Positions 28,425 through 39,955 of a stretch of 64,000 bases of DNA are shown here, piece after piece. A model generated the notes under the pieces. The model ran no database searches. It was not told the DNA's origin and was given only the letters and a program-made list of their open reading frames with translations. This DNA is from Oscillospiraceae bacterium. Lineage in GTDB: Bacteria; Bacillota; Clostridia; Oscillospirales; UBA929. Position numbers and translations under genes: made by a program. Where the stretch lies: assembly GCA_031556185.1 (NCBI GenBank), contig JAVBTN010000004.1, positions 85,034 through 149,033 on the forward strand. Reading direction: 5' to 3'. How positions within the stretch are numbered: position 1 is the first letter of the stretch; each line of letters opens with the position of its first letter.

Positions 28425-30695
28425 ATGGACGACGAAACACGCAGACAAAAGGGACAGGAATCGGACGACCTGAAGGAAGCCAAGGAAATCGTTGAGGGGC
28501 ACGAAGTGAGCGACTCGCAGCGGTTTTCCCTGGACGAAATCATGTCGGAATACAAATACAACGCCACGGTGACACCCCGTTCGCGCCGGAAAGACAAAAA
28601 AGACGCCAAAATCGACAACGAGCCGCTCAGCCAGGACACGATGACGCTCAAAGCGCTGGCTGAGGAGATGAGGGCGTTCACGCAGCGCCAGCAGAGCGCT
28701 CCGCCTGGCCCGGGCGACGGCGATGCGCCCCCGAAGGCCGCCGCCGATGTACCGCCGGCGGGCAAGCCCAAAAAACAAAAGCGCGGGATGCAGCTGGGTG
28801 CCAGGGACGCGGAATCGACGTCTGTCTTTTCCGGGCTCGAGGCGGAAGAGCCCGAAGTGATTGTCACCACGCAGGTGGACATCACAGAACCGGATGTGGG
28901 TCCACAGGCCAAGGGCGCCGGGCTCGATGAACCGCTTCGTTACCTGGATGATGAGGACGAGCATATTCCCATGATGCAGCCGGAAAAAGAGGAGACACTT
29001 TTTTTGAGGCTGCGGCGCATCGCCCGGCGGCATGAACCGGTCGCACCCTCGATCCCGGTGGAGAAGGCCGCCGTCAGGCTGCGTCCCTACATCCGCTTTT
29101 TTTCGGTGCGGCTCATTGCCGCGGGCGCGCTCTGCGCGATGATGGTTTTTCTCACCTTTTCGCACAGGCTGCCCATCAGTATGCCCGAGTACCTCACGTT
29201 TTTGTACGGTCGTTTTTCCTATCTGTCGATACTGTTGATTCTGCAAGTGTTTGTGATGGCCTGCGGCATCGACGTCATGGCCAGGGGACTGGCGGATTTA
29301 TTTCACGTCCGGCCGGGCATTGAGTCGGCGGCGCTGATCTCCTGCGTATCCAACCTGCTGTACATTGCGTATGTGTTTTTCAAGCCCGACGGGCCGACAT
29401 TTTTGCCTTACTGTGCCGTATCTGCGCTGTCGGTGCTGTGTGCCATGTGGTCGTGTCGCATACGCTTTGTGGCCAACCAACGCACCTATCAGACGGCCGC
29501 CGAGACAATCCACCCCCATGTCGTTCTCCGCGAGGAGACGCTTTGGGAGGGGGGCGCTTTCGTCAAGTCACGCGGCGAAATCGAGGACTTTGTCACGCTG
29601 ACGGAACAGCCGGACGGAGCGGTTCGCTTTGCGCATTTTCTGGTGCCACTGGGTGTGTTGGCATCCTTTCTGTTCGCGCTCATTGCAGCCTTTCAGGCCA
29701 GGGAAATCCGGCAGTTTTTCTGGGCGTTTTCGGCCACCATGTCGGTGGTGGCTCCTTTTTGCGGCGCCTTTTCTTACGTGCTGCCGTTCTTACATATTTC
29801 CAGACGTTTGGCGCATAGTGGCGCCGCATTGGCTGGCTGGTCGGCGGTGCGCTCCTTCTTTGAACCCGCCGTCATTGTTCTCACCGACGGAGACCTCTTT
29901 CCACCGGGGACTGTGGCGCTCAATGGACTGAAAGTGTTTGGCCGTTTCAACCTGGAACGGATGATTTCTTACGCGGCCAGTCTGGCGACGGCATCCGGCT
30001 CCGGGTTGGCCCACGCGTTTGCCGACCTGCTGCGCGGCCAGGCAGACGCCATACGCGCCGTGGAGCATTTTCAACATTATGAGGGCGGCGGCATGGGGGC
30101 CGACATAGACAACGACAGGGTTCTCATGGGTAACGCCGCGTTTATGCAGCGCATGGGCGTGCACATTCCTGAGGGCATCAAGCTGCCCACCGCCTTGTTC
30201 GTTTCTGTCAATCTGGATTTGGCGGGGATTTTTGCCGTTAGCTACACGCCGATCAATCATGTGCGCTCCGCGCTGTCGATGTTGGCGCGCAACAAGATTA
30301 CGCCGGTCTTTGCCACGCGCGACGTCAATTTGACTCCCGCGTTCACGGGCAAAACTTACGAAGTGGCTCTCGGCGCGGCGGAGTATCCGCCTGTCGAGCA
30401 GCGACTGGTGATCTCGGATCCGGTTCGGGAGAGCCGCGCGCGCGCCATGGCAGTCATGGGGCGGGACGGGCTGTATCCGTATGCCGAGAGCATTGTCGCC
30501 GGACGCCGCATGGGGCAGGTGACACGTGCCAATTTGGTGGTATATTTGCTGTGTGTGCTCTTCGGACTCATTCTGATGGCCTTTTTGACCATACAGGGGG
30601 AGGCGGCCACCGCTTCGCCCTGCAATGTCATCCTTTACCTGGCGCTGTGGATGCTGCCTACGCTGCTGGTGTCCGGCTGGGCGCACCGATATTGA
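28425..30695 (+). CDS. Membrane protein with degenerate P1B-type ATPase-like C-terminal half
   Basis: Disordered charged N-terminus, about 8 TM segments, N/P-domain-like segments (AASLATASGSGLAHAF, GGGMGADIDNDRVLMGN, FATRDVN) but no DKTGT. Confidence 0.7.
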   Translation: MDDETRRQKGQESDDLKEAKEIVEGHEVSDSQRFSLDEIMSEYKYNATVTPRSRRKDKKDAKIDNEPLSQDTMTLKALAEEMRAFTQRQQSAPPGPGDGDAPPKAAADVPPAGKPKKQKRGMQLGARDAESTSVFSGLEAEEPEVIVTTQVDITEPDVGPQAKGAGLDEPLRYLDDEDEHIPMMQPEKEETLFLRLRRIARRHEPVAPSIPVEKAAVRLRPYIRFFSVRLIAAGALCAMMVFLTFSHRLPISMPEYLTFLYGRFSYLSILLILQVFVMACGIDVMARGLADLFHVRPGIESAALISCVSNLLYIAYVFFKPDGPTFLPYCAVSALSVLCAMWSCRIRFVANQRTYQTAAETIHPHVVLREETLWEGGAFVKSRGEIEDFVTLTEQPDGAVRFAHFLVPLGVLASFLFALIAAFQAREIRQFFWAFSATMSVVAPFCGAFSYVLPFLHISRRLAHSGAALAGWSAVRSFFEPAVIVLTDGDLFPPGTVALNGLKVFGRFNLERMISYAASLATASGSGLAHAFADLLRGQADAIRAVEHFQHYEGGGMGADIDNDRVLMGNAAFMQRMGVHIPEGIKLPTALFVSVNLDLAGIFAVSYTPINHVRSALSMLARNKITPVFATRDVNLTPAFTGKTYEVALGAAEYPPVEQRLVISDPVRESRARAMAVMGRDGLYPYAESIVAGRRMGQVTRANLVVYLLCVLFGLILMAFLTIQGEAATASPCNVILYLALWMLPTLLVSGWAHRY

Positions 30696-30749
30696 CGCGT
30701 TCCATATGCGGATTGAATGGTATCATAACAGCGCAAATGAAAAAATGTA

Positions 30750-30778
30750 TTGAAATGTGACAAACGATATACTATAAT
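30750..30778 (+). promoter_or_regulatory. SigA-type promoter
   Basis: TTGAAA-N17-TATAAT upstream of the EF-G paralog. Confidence 0.7.
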
Positions 30779-30863
30779 GGTGTTTATTATGTGGTATCTT
30801 TTCGGGACCGATACCAAGAGGTTCTTATGCGGAATATTTTGTTGATTAAGGAGAGAAGCCCTC

Positions 30864-32930
30864 ATGACATCCAACATACGCAATCTGTGTCTCCTGGGCC
30901 ATGGCAGTGACGGAAAAACTTCGCTGGCCGAAAGTTTGCTCTACCTGACAAAGGGTACCGACCGCCTGGGGAAAGTGGCTGACGGCAATACAATCAGTGA
31001 CTATGATCCGGAAGAGACCAAACGCCAAATATCGCTTTCAGCCAGCATACTGCCTGTTGATTTTTCCGGTATGAAGCTGAATTTTATTGACACCCCCGGT
31101 TTTTTTGACTTTGTGGGGGAAGTGATTGAGGCGCTGCGTGTGGCTGAGGCCGGGCTCATCGTGGTCAATGGCAAGAGCGGCGCCGGCGTCGGTACGGAAA
31201 AGGCTTGGAAGATGGTGTCCTCCCGCAAGCTGCCAAGGCTGTTTTATGTGTCCAAGCTCGATGAGGAAAACTCCGATTATTATAAAGTACTTGAGTCGCT
31301 ACGCGCCCAGTTTGGCATTTCTGTCTGCCCGGTCGTCATTCCCATTGTCGAGGGCGAACATATGACGGGCGTGGTGGATATTGTCCGCCGAAAGGCCTAC
31401 AAGACCAGTGGAACCAAAACCGAGGAGATCCCCGTGCCAGACGCGATGAACGACCGCATCGAAGAGATGTATGCCATTTTGGCGGAAAATGTGGCTGAGA
31501 CTTCTGAGGAACTCATGGAGAAGTTTTTTGGTGGCGAGACATTCACCGCCGACGAACTCATTGCCGGCATAAAAAGCGGTGTGGCCGCTCAGTCGCTGTC
31601 GCCGGTGTTCTGCGGCTCGGCCATGACCGGGACAGGCACGGAAACGTTGCTGCGTGGTTTGTGCGACTACGTGCCTTCTCCGCTGGAGCGCCCCGTTGAG
31701 ACCGGGCTGACGCCTGACGGAAAAGAGGTCAAGCTCCCCTGCGACCCGAACGAACCGGTTTGTTTGTTTGTATTCAAAACATTGTCCGACCAGTACGGAA
31801 AATTCTCTTTCTTTAAGGTGATGTCCGGCAAGGTCACGTCGGATACCTCGTTGATCAATGCCCGCACAGGTGGACATGAAAAACTGGGACGTCTGCAGTT
31901 GGTCAAGGGTAAAAATAAATCGGAAATTGCCGAGCTGGCCTGCGGAGATATCGGCGCGGTGGCCAAGCTCACGGATACCAAGACCGGCGATACGCTCTGC
32001 GTGGCTGGTCATGTGGTCAACTTACCCGGCCTGGATTTCCCGAACACATGCTATAGCATGGCCATTTCGCCGAAGATCAAAGGTGGCGAAGAAAAAATCG
32101 CCAATGGTTTGGGACGCATGTCGGAAGAGGATCTGACCTTTAGCATGGTGCAAAACGCCGAGACAAAGCAGATGGTCGTCTCCGGCCTGGGCGACATTCA
32201 CATCGACGTACTGTGCTCGCGCCTTAAAACGCGCTTTGGTGTTGATGTGGAGCTCTCGCCGCCGCGCGTGCCATATCGCGAAAAGATCCGCAAGAAAGTC
32301 AAGGTCGAAGGAAAACACAAAAAGCAGTCGGGCGGCCATGGGCAGTTTGGTCATGTGTGGATTGAATTTGAGCCGGGCGACTCTGAAGATCTTGTATTTG
32401 AAGAGAAGATTTTTGGCGGCAGTGTGCCGAAGAACTTCCACCCTGCCGTTGAAAAGGGACTGCGTGACCGCATCTCGCGCGGTGTGCTGGCCGGGTTCCC
32501 GGTTGTGTATCTCAAGGCCACATTGGTCGACGGTTCTTATCACGATGTTGATTCGTCGGAAATGGCCTTTAAGACAGCGGCCGGTATTGCCTATAAAAAC
32601 GGCCTGCCGCTGGCCAATCCTGTTCTGCTTGAGCCGGTCGGCCTGCTGAAGGTGTACATTCCAGACCAGTACATGGGCGACATCATCGGCGATCTCAACA
32701 AGCGGCGCGGACGCGTGATGGGCATGAACCCCGGCGAGCAAAGCCAGCAGATCGTGGAGGCCGAGGTGCCCATGGCTGAAATGACCAGCTACGCCATCGA
32801 CCTGCGCTCCATGACACAGGGACGCGGTTCGTTCACATTGGCATTCCAGCGCTATGACGAAGCGCCCATGAACGTGCAGCAAAAGGTCATTGAGGAGACA
32901 AAGCACCTCTTGGAAGAAGAGGAAGAATAA
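30864..32930 (+). CDS. fusA: Elongation factor G paralog (EF-G2-like)
   Basis: GHGSDGKT, DTPG, HKKQSGGHGQFG, DGSYHDVDSSEMAF, LLEP, DLRSMTQGRG; not in a str operon. Confidence 0.9.
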   Translation: MTSNIRNLCLLGHGSDGKTSLAESLLYLTKGTDRLGKVADGNTISDYDPEETKRQISLSASILPVDFSGMKLNFIDTPGFFDFVGEVIEALRVAEAGLIVVNGKSGAGVGTEKAWKMVSSRKLPRLFYVSKLDEENSDYYKVLESLRAQFGISVCPVVIPIVEGEHMTGVVDIVRRKAYKTSGTKTEEIPVPDAMNDRIEEMYAILAENVAETSEELMEKFFGGETFTADELIAGIKSGVAAQSLSPVFCGSAMTGTGTETLLRGLCDYVPSPLERPVETGLTPDGKEVKLPCDPNEPVCLFVFKTLSDQYGKFSFFKVMSGKVTSDTSLINARTGGHEKLGRLQLVKGKNKSEIAELACGDIGAVAKLTDTKTGDTLCVAGHVVNLPGLDFPNTCYSMAISPKIKGGEEKIANGLGRMSEEDLTFSMVQNAETKQMVVSGLGDIHIDVLCSRLKTRFGVDVELSPPRVPYREKIRKKVKVEGKHKKQSGGHGQFGHVWIEFEPGDSEDLVFEEKIFGGSVPKNFHPAVEKGLRDRISRGVLAGFPVVYLKATLVDGSYHDVDSSEMAFKTAAGIAYKNGLPLANPVLLEPVGLLKVYIPDQYMGDIIGDLNKRRGRVMGMNPGEQSQQIVEAEVPMAEMTSYAIDLRSMTQGRGSFTLAFQRYDEAPMNVQQKVIEETKHLLEEEEE

Positions 32931-32946
32931 GAGTGTCATATGTTTC

Positions 32947-33155
32947 GCCGCCGCTCCCACGGAGCGGCGGCTTTGCGTGTCGACACGCAAATACGCTTCG
33001 GCGGGCATCCGTACCACTTTTCAAGTGGAACTCGACGTAAAAGGGGGGGTTGAGGCCCCTTTTTACACGTTTTCCCGCGCCGTCTTTTTTCAGGATGCAC
33101 TGTGTTTTCACGGTCGTCGACAAGCAGAGCCGCCGCTCCACATGGGAGCGGCGGC
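32947..33155. repeat. 209-bp element with ~39-bp imperfect terminal inverted repeats, each containing a GC-rich hairpin
   Basis: Left GCCGCCGCTCCCACGGAGCGGCGGCTTTGCGTGTCGAC versus reverse complement of right GCCGCCGCTCCCATGTGGAGCGGCGGCTCTGCTTGTCGAC. Confidence 0.7.
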
Positions 33156-33197
33156 TCTTTTGCGTCGGGGGTTAAGCCGACGGATATCAACTCGATA

Positions 33198-34511
<1,314 letters not shown>

Positions 34512-34536
34512 TCACAATTCTTTCAATATAGTTTGA

Positions 34537-36054
34537 CTACTTGGCGATCAGGGTGCGCCCTGTCATGTCCGCCGGCTGCGGCAAGTGCATCAGCGCCAGC
34601 ATCGTTGGGGCCAAATCGGACAGACGCCCGTCCTCGCGCAGATGCTTCACGCCGCCTCCGCGCACGATGAGCGGCACGAGATTGGTGGTGTGCGCCGTAA
34701 AAGGCGAAATGCCGTCGTCTTCCAGCATGTGTTCGGCGTTGCCGTGGTCGGCTGTGATCAAAATGATGCCGCCGACAGCGTCAATCGCGTCCACCACGCG
34801 GCCAACACAGGCATCCACCGTTTCCACGGCTCGGCGGGCAGCGTCAAACACGCCGGTATGCCCCACCATATCGCAGTTGGCAAAGTTCAAAATCACGACA
34901 TCGTAAGCACCGCTTTTGATGCGTTCAACCACTGCGTCAGTGACTTCCAGGGCGCTCATTTCAGGCTTGAGATCATATGTGGCCACTTTGGGCGAGGGGA
35001 TGAGCACCCGATCCTCGCCCGCATAGGGCTCTTCCACGCCGCCGTTAAAAAAGAATGTCACATGGGCATATTTCTCCGTTTCCGCGATGCGCAGCTGAGT
35101 CAAGCCGCGGGCGCTCAGGTACTCGCCAAATGTGTTGGTGAGTGACTCCGGCAAAAAGGCCACATGTACATTGGGCAGTGTCGCGTCATACTGGGTGGTG
35201 CACACATAGTGCACCGGGAAAAACTGCCTGCGTTCAAATCCGGCGAAATCCGGGTCGACAAACGTACGGGTGATTTCCCGCGCCCTGTCGGGGCGGAAAT
35301 TGGTAAAGATAATGGCGTCTTGCGAAGAAATCCGTGCGTTTTCCGTACAGATTACGGGCTCCACAAATTCATCGGTAACACCTTTTTCATAAGAGGCGGC
35401 TACTGCACCGGCCGGATCGGGGTCTTTGATCCCTTCTCCATACACCATGGCGGCATAGGCACGCTCGACGCGCTCCCAGCGTTTGTCACGATCCATGGCG
35501 TAGTAACGGCCCATGACAGTGGCGAGGCGCGCGCCTGTCCTGGCGCACTGCGCGACTGCCTCTTTGACAAAACCGTGCCCGGAGGTCGGCGGCACATCGC
35601 GTCCATCGAGCAGGCAGTGCAGGAAGACACGGTCGAGCCCGCGCCGGTGCGCCAACTCCAAAAATGCCCAGGTGTGGGTGCAGTGGCTGTGTACGCCCCC
35701 GTCGGACATGAGCCCGATGAGGTGCAGGGCGGTGCCATGGGACAGACAGTGGTCAATGGCGGCGTTAAACACGGGATTGGTAAAAAAATCGCCGTCGGCA
35801 ATGGCCTTGGATATGCGGGGCAAATCCTGGTACACAACGCGACCGGCGCCAATGTTCGTATGGCCAACCTCTGAGTTGCCCATTTGTCCTTCGGGCAGAC
35901 CCACGTCGAGTCCCGAAGCACTGATACGAGTGTGAGGACAGGTGGCAAACAGGTCGTCCAAACGCGGTGTGGCGGCGTGAGTGACGGCGTTGCCCGGCGC
36001 GTCGGGCTCCAGCCCGAATCCGTCCATTATGACAAGCGCGACAGTCTTTTTCAA
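34537..36054 (-). CDS. gpmI: 2,3-bisphosphoglycerate-independent phosphoglycerate mutase
   Basis: GQMGNSEVGH, AETEKYAHVTFFFNGG, NCDMVGHTG, TADHGNAE; TTG start after GAGG. Confidence 0.96.
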   Translation of the reverse strand: MKKTVALVIMDGFGLEPDAPGNAVTHAATPRLDDLFATCPHTRISASGLDVGLPEGQMGNSEVGHTNIGAGRVVYQDLPRISKAIADGDFFTNPVFNAAIDHCLSHGTALHLIGLMSDGGVHSHCTHTWAFLELAHRRGLDRVFLHCLLDGRDVPPTSGHGFVKEAVAQCARTGARLATVMGRYYAMDRDKRWERVERAYAAMVYGEGIKDPDPAGAVAASYEKGVTDEFVEPVICTENARISSQDAIIFTNFRPDRAREITRTFVDPDFAGFERRQFFPVHYVCTTQYDATLPNVHVAFLPESLTNTFGEYLSARGLTQLRIAETEKYAHVTFFFNGGVEEPYAGEDRVLIPSPKVATYDLKPEMSALEVTDAVVERIKSGAYDVVILNFANCDMVGHTGVFDAARRAVETVDACVGRVVDAIDAVGGIILITADHGNAEHMLEDDGISPFTAHTTNLVPLIVRGGGVKHLREDGRLSDLAPTMLALMHLPQPADMTGRTLIAK

Positions 36055-36082
36055 AATGCTACCTCTTTGCTCATTCAGATTG

Positions 36083-36853
36083 TTATTGGTTGGCCGCTTG
36101 CACAATGGCGGCAAAGTCGCCGGCCTTCAGAGAGGCGCCGCCGATGAGACCGCCGTCAACATCCAGCTGCGCGAGCAACTCGGACGCATTTGAAGCGTTC
36201 ATGGAACCGCCGTATTGAATGGTAACCGAACGGGCCGCGCGGGCGCCATACATTTTGCGAATGGTGGCGCGAATGGACGTACCGACCTCACCGGCCTGCT
36301 CCGATGTGGCGGTGCGGCCGGTGCCAATGGCCCACAGGGGCTCATAGGCAAAAACAATCTGGCGGAGACGTTCCACCGGGACATTAGCCAGCGCCGCTTT
36401 GACCTGCAGCGTAACAACGTCGAGGGTCAATTCGTGATCGCGCTGCTCCAGGCTCTCGCCGACGCAGACGATGGGACGCAAGCTGTGCTGCAAGGCCAGA
36501 TGCACCTTTTTGTTGACAAGCGCGTCGGTTTCGCCGCAATAGGCGCGGCGTTCGGAGTGTCCAAGAATGACGTATTTGATACCCAGATCCTTGAGCATGG
36601 GCGCGGATACTTCGCCGGTGTAAGCGCCGGACAACTCGTGGTGCATATTTTGCGCACCCACCGCGATGCGGGAATCCTTCAGCGCGCGTATGGCAATGGG
36701 AATGTCAACAAACGGCACGCAAACAACCACTTCGCACCACTTGGCCTTAGAGACCATGGGCTTGAGCTGATCCAGAAGCTCGCGCACTTCGGACGGCAAC
36801 TTGTTCATTTTCCAGTTCCCGGCAATGATCGTTTTTCGATATCTTCTATTCAT
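36083..36853 (-). CDS. tpiA: Triosephosphate isomerase
   Basis: AGNWKMN, GAYTGEVS, GHSERR, AYEPLWAIGTG, GGASL. Confidence 0.97.
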   Translation of the reverse strand: MNRRYRKTIIAGNWKMNKLPSEVRELLDQLKPMVSKAKWCEVVVCVPFVDIPIAIRALKDSRIAVGAQNMHHELSGAYTGEVSAPMLKDLGIKYVILGHSERRAYCGETDALVNKKVHLALQHSLRPIVCVGESLEQRDHELTLDVVTLQVKAALANVPVERLRQIVFAYEPLWAIGTGRTATSEQAGEVGTSIRATIRKMYGARAARSVTIQYGGSMNASNASELLAQLDVDGGLIGGASLKAGDFAAIVQAANQ

Positions 36854-36880
36854 GAGGTTACTCCTTTCGTATCAATTGAC

Positions 36881-38071
36881 CTACTTGTCCTGCAGGCAGG
36901 CAATACCAGGCAGTTCAAGCCCCTCGAGGAACTCAAGAGAGGCACCCCCGCCCGTGGAAATGTGCGTCATTTTGTCCGCGTAACCCAGCTGGTCAACGGC
37001 GGCGGCGCTGTCGCCTCCGCCAATGATGCTCACGCAGTCCGACTCGGCAATGGCACGCGCGATTCCGCGGGTACCCTCGGCAAACGTCTCAAATTCAAAC
37101 ACGCCCATCGGCCCGTTCCACACGACGGTGTTGGCCTCTTTGATGGCATCGGAGAAAACGGCAATGGTGCGCGGACCAATATCCAGACCCATGTACTTTG
37201 CCGGTACGGAGTCGGAGTCAAAGACAACCGGTTTGGCGTCTGCGGCGAAATGATCGGCGCAAACATTGTCCAGCGGCAGCAGGAAACGAACGCCTTTTGT
37301 CTCGGCCTTGCCCATCATCTCACGCGCATACGCGAGCTTGTCTTCTTCAAAGCGCGAGTCGCCGATTTCGTGGCCCATGGCTTTGATAAACGTATAGGCC
37401 ATGGCGCCGCCGATGATGATCGAGTCAACTTTGTCGAGCAGGTTGTTGATGACGCCAATTTTGTCGGAAACTTTGGCGCCGCCGAGCACGGCCACAAAAG
37501 GGTGTTTGGGGTTTTGCAGCGCCGCACCCATGATGGAAATCTCTTTGCCGATGAGATAGCCGCAGACGGCGGGCAAATAGTCGGCCACGCCAGCGGTGGA
37601 GGCGTGCGCTCTGTGCGCCGTGCCGAACGCGTCGTTGACGTACACCTCGGCGATAGAGGCCAGAGACTTGGCAAAAGCGGGATCATTTTTTTCCTCTTCG
37701 GCATGGAAACGAACATTTTCCAGCAGGAGAATCTCGCCGTTTTTCAGCGCGGCGGCTTTGGACTGCGCGTCAGGGCCAATCACATCGGAAGCCATGACGA
37801 CAGATTGCCCCAGCAGTTCGCCCAGGCGGACAGCCACAGGAGCCAGAGTGTATTTTGTATTGAAGGTGCCCTTGGGGCGGCCCAGATGTGAACATAAAAT
37901 GACTTTAGCACCCTGGCCAACCAGATAACGGATGGTGGGCAGGGACTCGACAATACGCTTGTCGGCTGTGATGACGCCGTTTTCATCCTGCGGGACGTTG
38001 AAATCACAGCGAACAAGAACCTTCTTGCCGGAAACATTGATGTCTTCAATACTCTTCTTGTTGTACTCCAT
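36881..38071 (-). CDS. pgk: Phosphoglycerate kinase
   Basis: [48 protein letters not shown]. Confidence 0.97.
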   Translation of the reverse strand: MEYNKKSIEDINVSGKKVLVRCDFNVPQDENGVITADKRIVESLPTIRYLVGQGAKVILCSHLGRPKGTFNTKYTLAPVAVRLGELLGQSVVMASDVIGPDAQSKAAALKNGEILLLENVRFHAEEEKNDPAFAKSLASIAEVYVNDAFGTAHRAHASTAGVADYLPAVCGYLIGKEISIMGAALQNPKHPFVAVLGGAKVSDKIGVINNLLDKVDSIIIGGAMAYTFIKAMGHEIGDSRFEEDKLAYAREMMGKAETKGVRFLLPLDNVCADHFAADAKPVVFDSDSVPAKYMGLDIGPRTIAVFSDAIKEANTVVWNGPMGVFEFETFAEGTRGIARAIAESDCVSIIGGGDSAAAVDQLGYADKMTHISTGGGASLEFLEGLELPGIACLQDK

Positions 38072-38124
38072 ACTTTTCCCCCTAATAAAAAGGATTATAA
38101 TGACTTCGGTTATTTGCCGATGCC

Positions 38125-38153
38125 ATTATAATCCCAAAAGAATAAAAAAGCAA
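38125..38153 (-). promoter_or_regulatory. SigA-type promoter of the pgk operon
   Basis: TTGCTT-N17-TATAAT on the minus strand. Confidence 0.65.
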
Positions 38154-38199
38154 GCTAATACAACATATTAAACATGAAAATATTCATTATTAATAGTTA

Positions 38200-39081
38200 T
38201 CATACTCTTTTTGCTCCACAATATATGATACCCATACAATAAGGACCGGTGTTGGAGGCCACGGAGCAACCGATGGGCGTCCGTATGATGCTGCGGGGCG
38301 AGAAGGTACGTGTCAGTTCGTCCTCGGCGCGATTGATCTCTTCGTCAGGCAATTTTGCGTAGACTATATGGAAGGTTTGGTTTTCGGGTTCCACGCAATA
38401 CATTTTGACCAGTTCAAGCATGCGCGAAATGACATTTTTCTCACCGCGCACCTTTTCAATCGGCTCAATTTTTCCGTCGACAGCGCGGAGAATGGGCCGC
38501 AGACCCAGTGCCTCACCCACAAACGCACTCATGCCCCCAATGCGACCGCTCTTGCGGATGTGCTTGAGGGAATACACCATAAAAAGAGCTTCGTAGCGGG
38601 AAATGCTGTCTTGCATGTACGCGACGATTTCGGAAAAGGGACGGCCTCCCGCGGCCTGCCGGACGCCCTCCAGGACGATATGTCCGTACATCATGGAGTA
38701 ACCCAGAGAGTCCAGAATTTCAATGACGGGCACCTGATCGGCACCCAGTTCTTCGCGCAGCAGTTCTTTGGCCAGCATGGCGGAATTCATGGCGCCGCTG
38801 GCGGTGGAGCTGATGACCGAAACAATGATGTGCGTATAGCCCTGCTCGACCGCTTTTTTATAACAATCCAAAAAGGCCATCGGCGTTGCCTGTTGGGTCA
38901 CTGGAATTTCATCCAGCTCTTCAAGCAGATCCCAAAACACCTGGGGTTTGAGGTCGTAATATTCCCGGTACTCCTTGCCGCCAAAGCAGATCGTGGCCGT
39001 TACCATCGCGATGGGATTGTCCGCCACATATTCAGGCGTCAAGTCGCTGGCACCGTCGGTGACAAATAATATCTTTTCCAA
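38200..39081 (-). CDS. DegV family fatty-acid-binding protein
   Basis: TDGASDL, ISSTASGAMNSA, LKHIRKSGRIG, LGLRPIL, NTGP. Confidence 0.9.
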   Translation of the reverse strand: MEKILFVTDGASDLTPEYVADNPIAMVTATICFGGKEYREYYDLKPQVFWDLLEELDEIPVTQQATPMAFLDCYKKAVEQGYTHIIVSVISSTASGAMNSAMLAKELLREELGADQVPVIEILDSLGYSMMYGHIVLEGVRQAAGGRPFSEIVAYMQDSISRYEALFMVYSLKHIRKSGRIGGMSAFVGEALGLRPILRAVDGKIEPIEKVRGEKNVISRMLELVKMYCVEPENQTFHIVYAKLPDEEINRAEDELTRTFSPRSIIRTPIGCSVASNTGPYCMGIIYCGAKRV

Positions 39082-39135
39082 AGGGCATCCTCCTTGTTGC
39101 TTCCAGCTGTCTTTTCCAGCAGGGTCGGTTTCATG

Positions 39136-39636
39136 TCAGCCTGGGCTTTGGGGCATCTCGGGCATATACCCGCTGGATTCCAGGTTGGGAAATCCTCTTT
39201 GTCTCATTGCCTCAAAGACGACGACCGCTACTGCGTTGGACAAATTGAGGCTGCGCGCTTCCGCCCGGATCGGAATGCGCAGGCAGCGCGCGGGATGGTC
39301 GCGCAGCAGCGAAACCGGCAGACCGGCCGTCTCCTTGCCAAACAGCAAAAAGGCATCCTGCGTCAGATCGGCGTCGCTGTATACGCGGTCTGCTTTTGTG
39401 GAAAAGAGCCAAAGCGCTTCTTTCCCGTGCAAAGACCAAAAATCATCCCAGCGGTCGTGAACGGTCAATTGGAGAAGAGGCCAATAGTCAAGCCCCGCGC
39501 GTTTGAGGTAGCGGTCGGCCAGCGAAAAACCCAGCGGGCCGACGAGATGGAGGCGGCAGCCTGTGGCCGCGCAGGTCCGGGCAATGTTGCCGGTGTTTTG
39601 GGGGATCTCCGGCTCGATCAGTACAACATGCAGCAT
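39136..39636 (-). CDS. trmL: tRNA (cytidine/uridine-34 2'-O)-methyltransferase
   Basis: EPEIPQNTGNIARTC, KRAGLDYW, FGKETAGLP, RSLNLSN. Confidence 0.94.
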   Translation of the reverse strand: MLHVVLIEPEIPQNTGNIARTCAATGCRLHLVGPLGFSLADRYLKRAGLDYWPLLQLTVHDRWDDFWSLHGKEALWLFSTKADRVYSDADLTQDAFLLFGKETAGLPVSLLRDHPARCLRIPIRAEARSLNLSNAVAVVVFEAMRQRGFPNLESSGYMPEMPQSPG

Positions 39637-39844
39637 AGGTCCTGTCCATTCAGCTTATGCTGAACGGGGCGGATTCACTCCTCATCTTGAGATGCTTTGC
39701 CAATTGTATCATATGTATTATACTCAATTGACCGACAAGAATCAATTGCCTAACAGTACAATGTGGCATTTTTCCATTCTTTTTGTCGAAAAAAGAATGC
39801 TGCGCGTCTGCGCATACGCCGGAAAACACTGTCAGCCAAAACGC

Positions 39845-39874
39845 TTGACAAAGTAATCGGATCAATGGTAAACT
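39845..39874 (+). promoter_or_regulatory. SigA-type promoter for rplU-rpmA
   Basis: TTGACA-N18-TAAACT with extended TG. Confidence 0.7.
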
Positions 39875-39879
39875 ATACA

Positions 39880-39945
39880 AGCCGCATTGAATGGGTAAAA
39901 AAGTGGGCTTTGCCCCACCCACAAGAGCGAGACTGAACAAGTGTG
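39880..39945 (+). ncRNA. Probable L21 leader cis-regulatory RNA
   Basis: 5' UTR of rplU with CCGCA...GCGAG ends and nested TGGGT/ACCCA and GGGC/GCCC stems. Confidence 0.5.
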
Positions 39946-39955
39946 AGGAAATATC

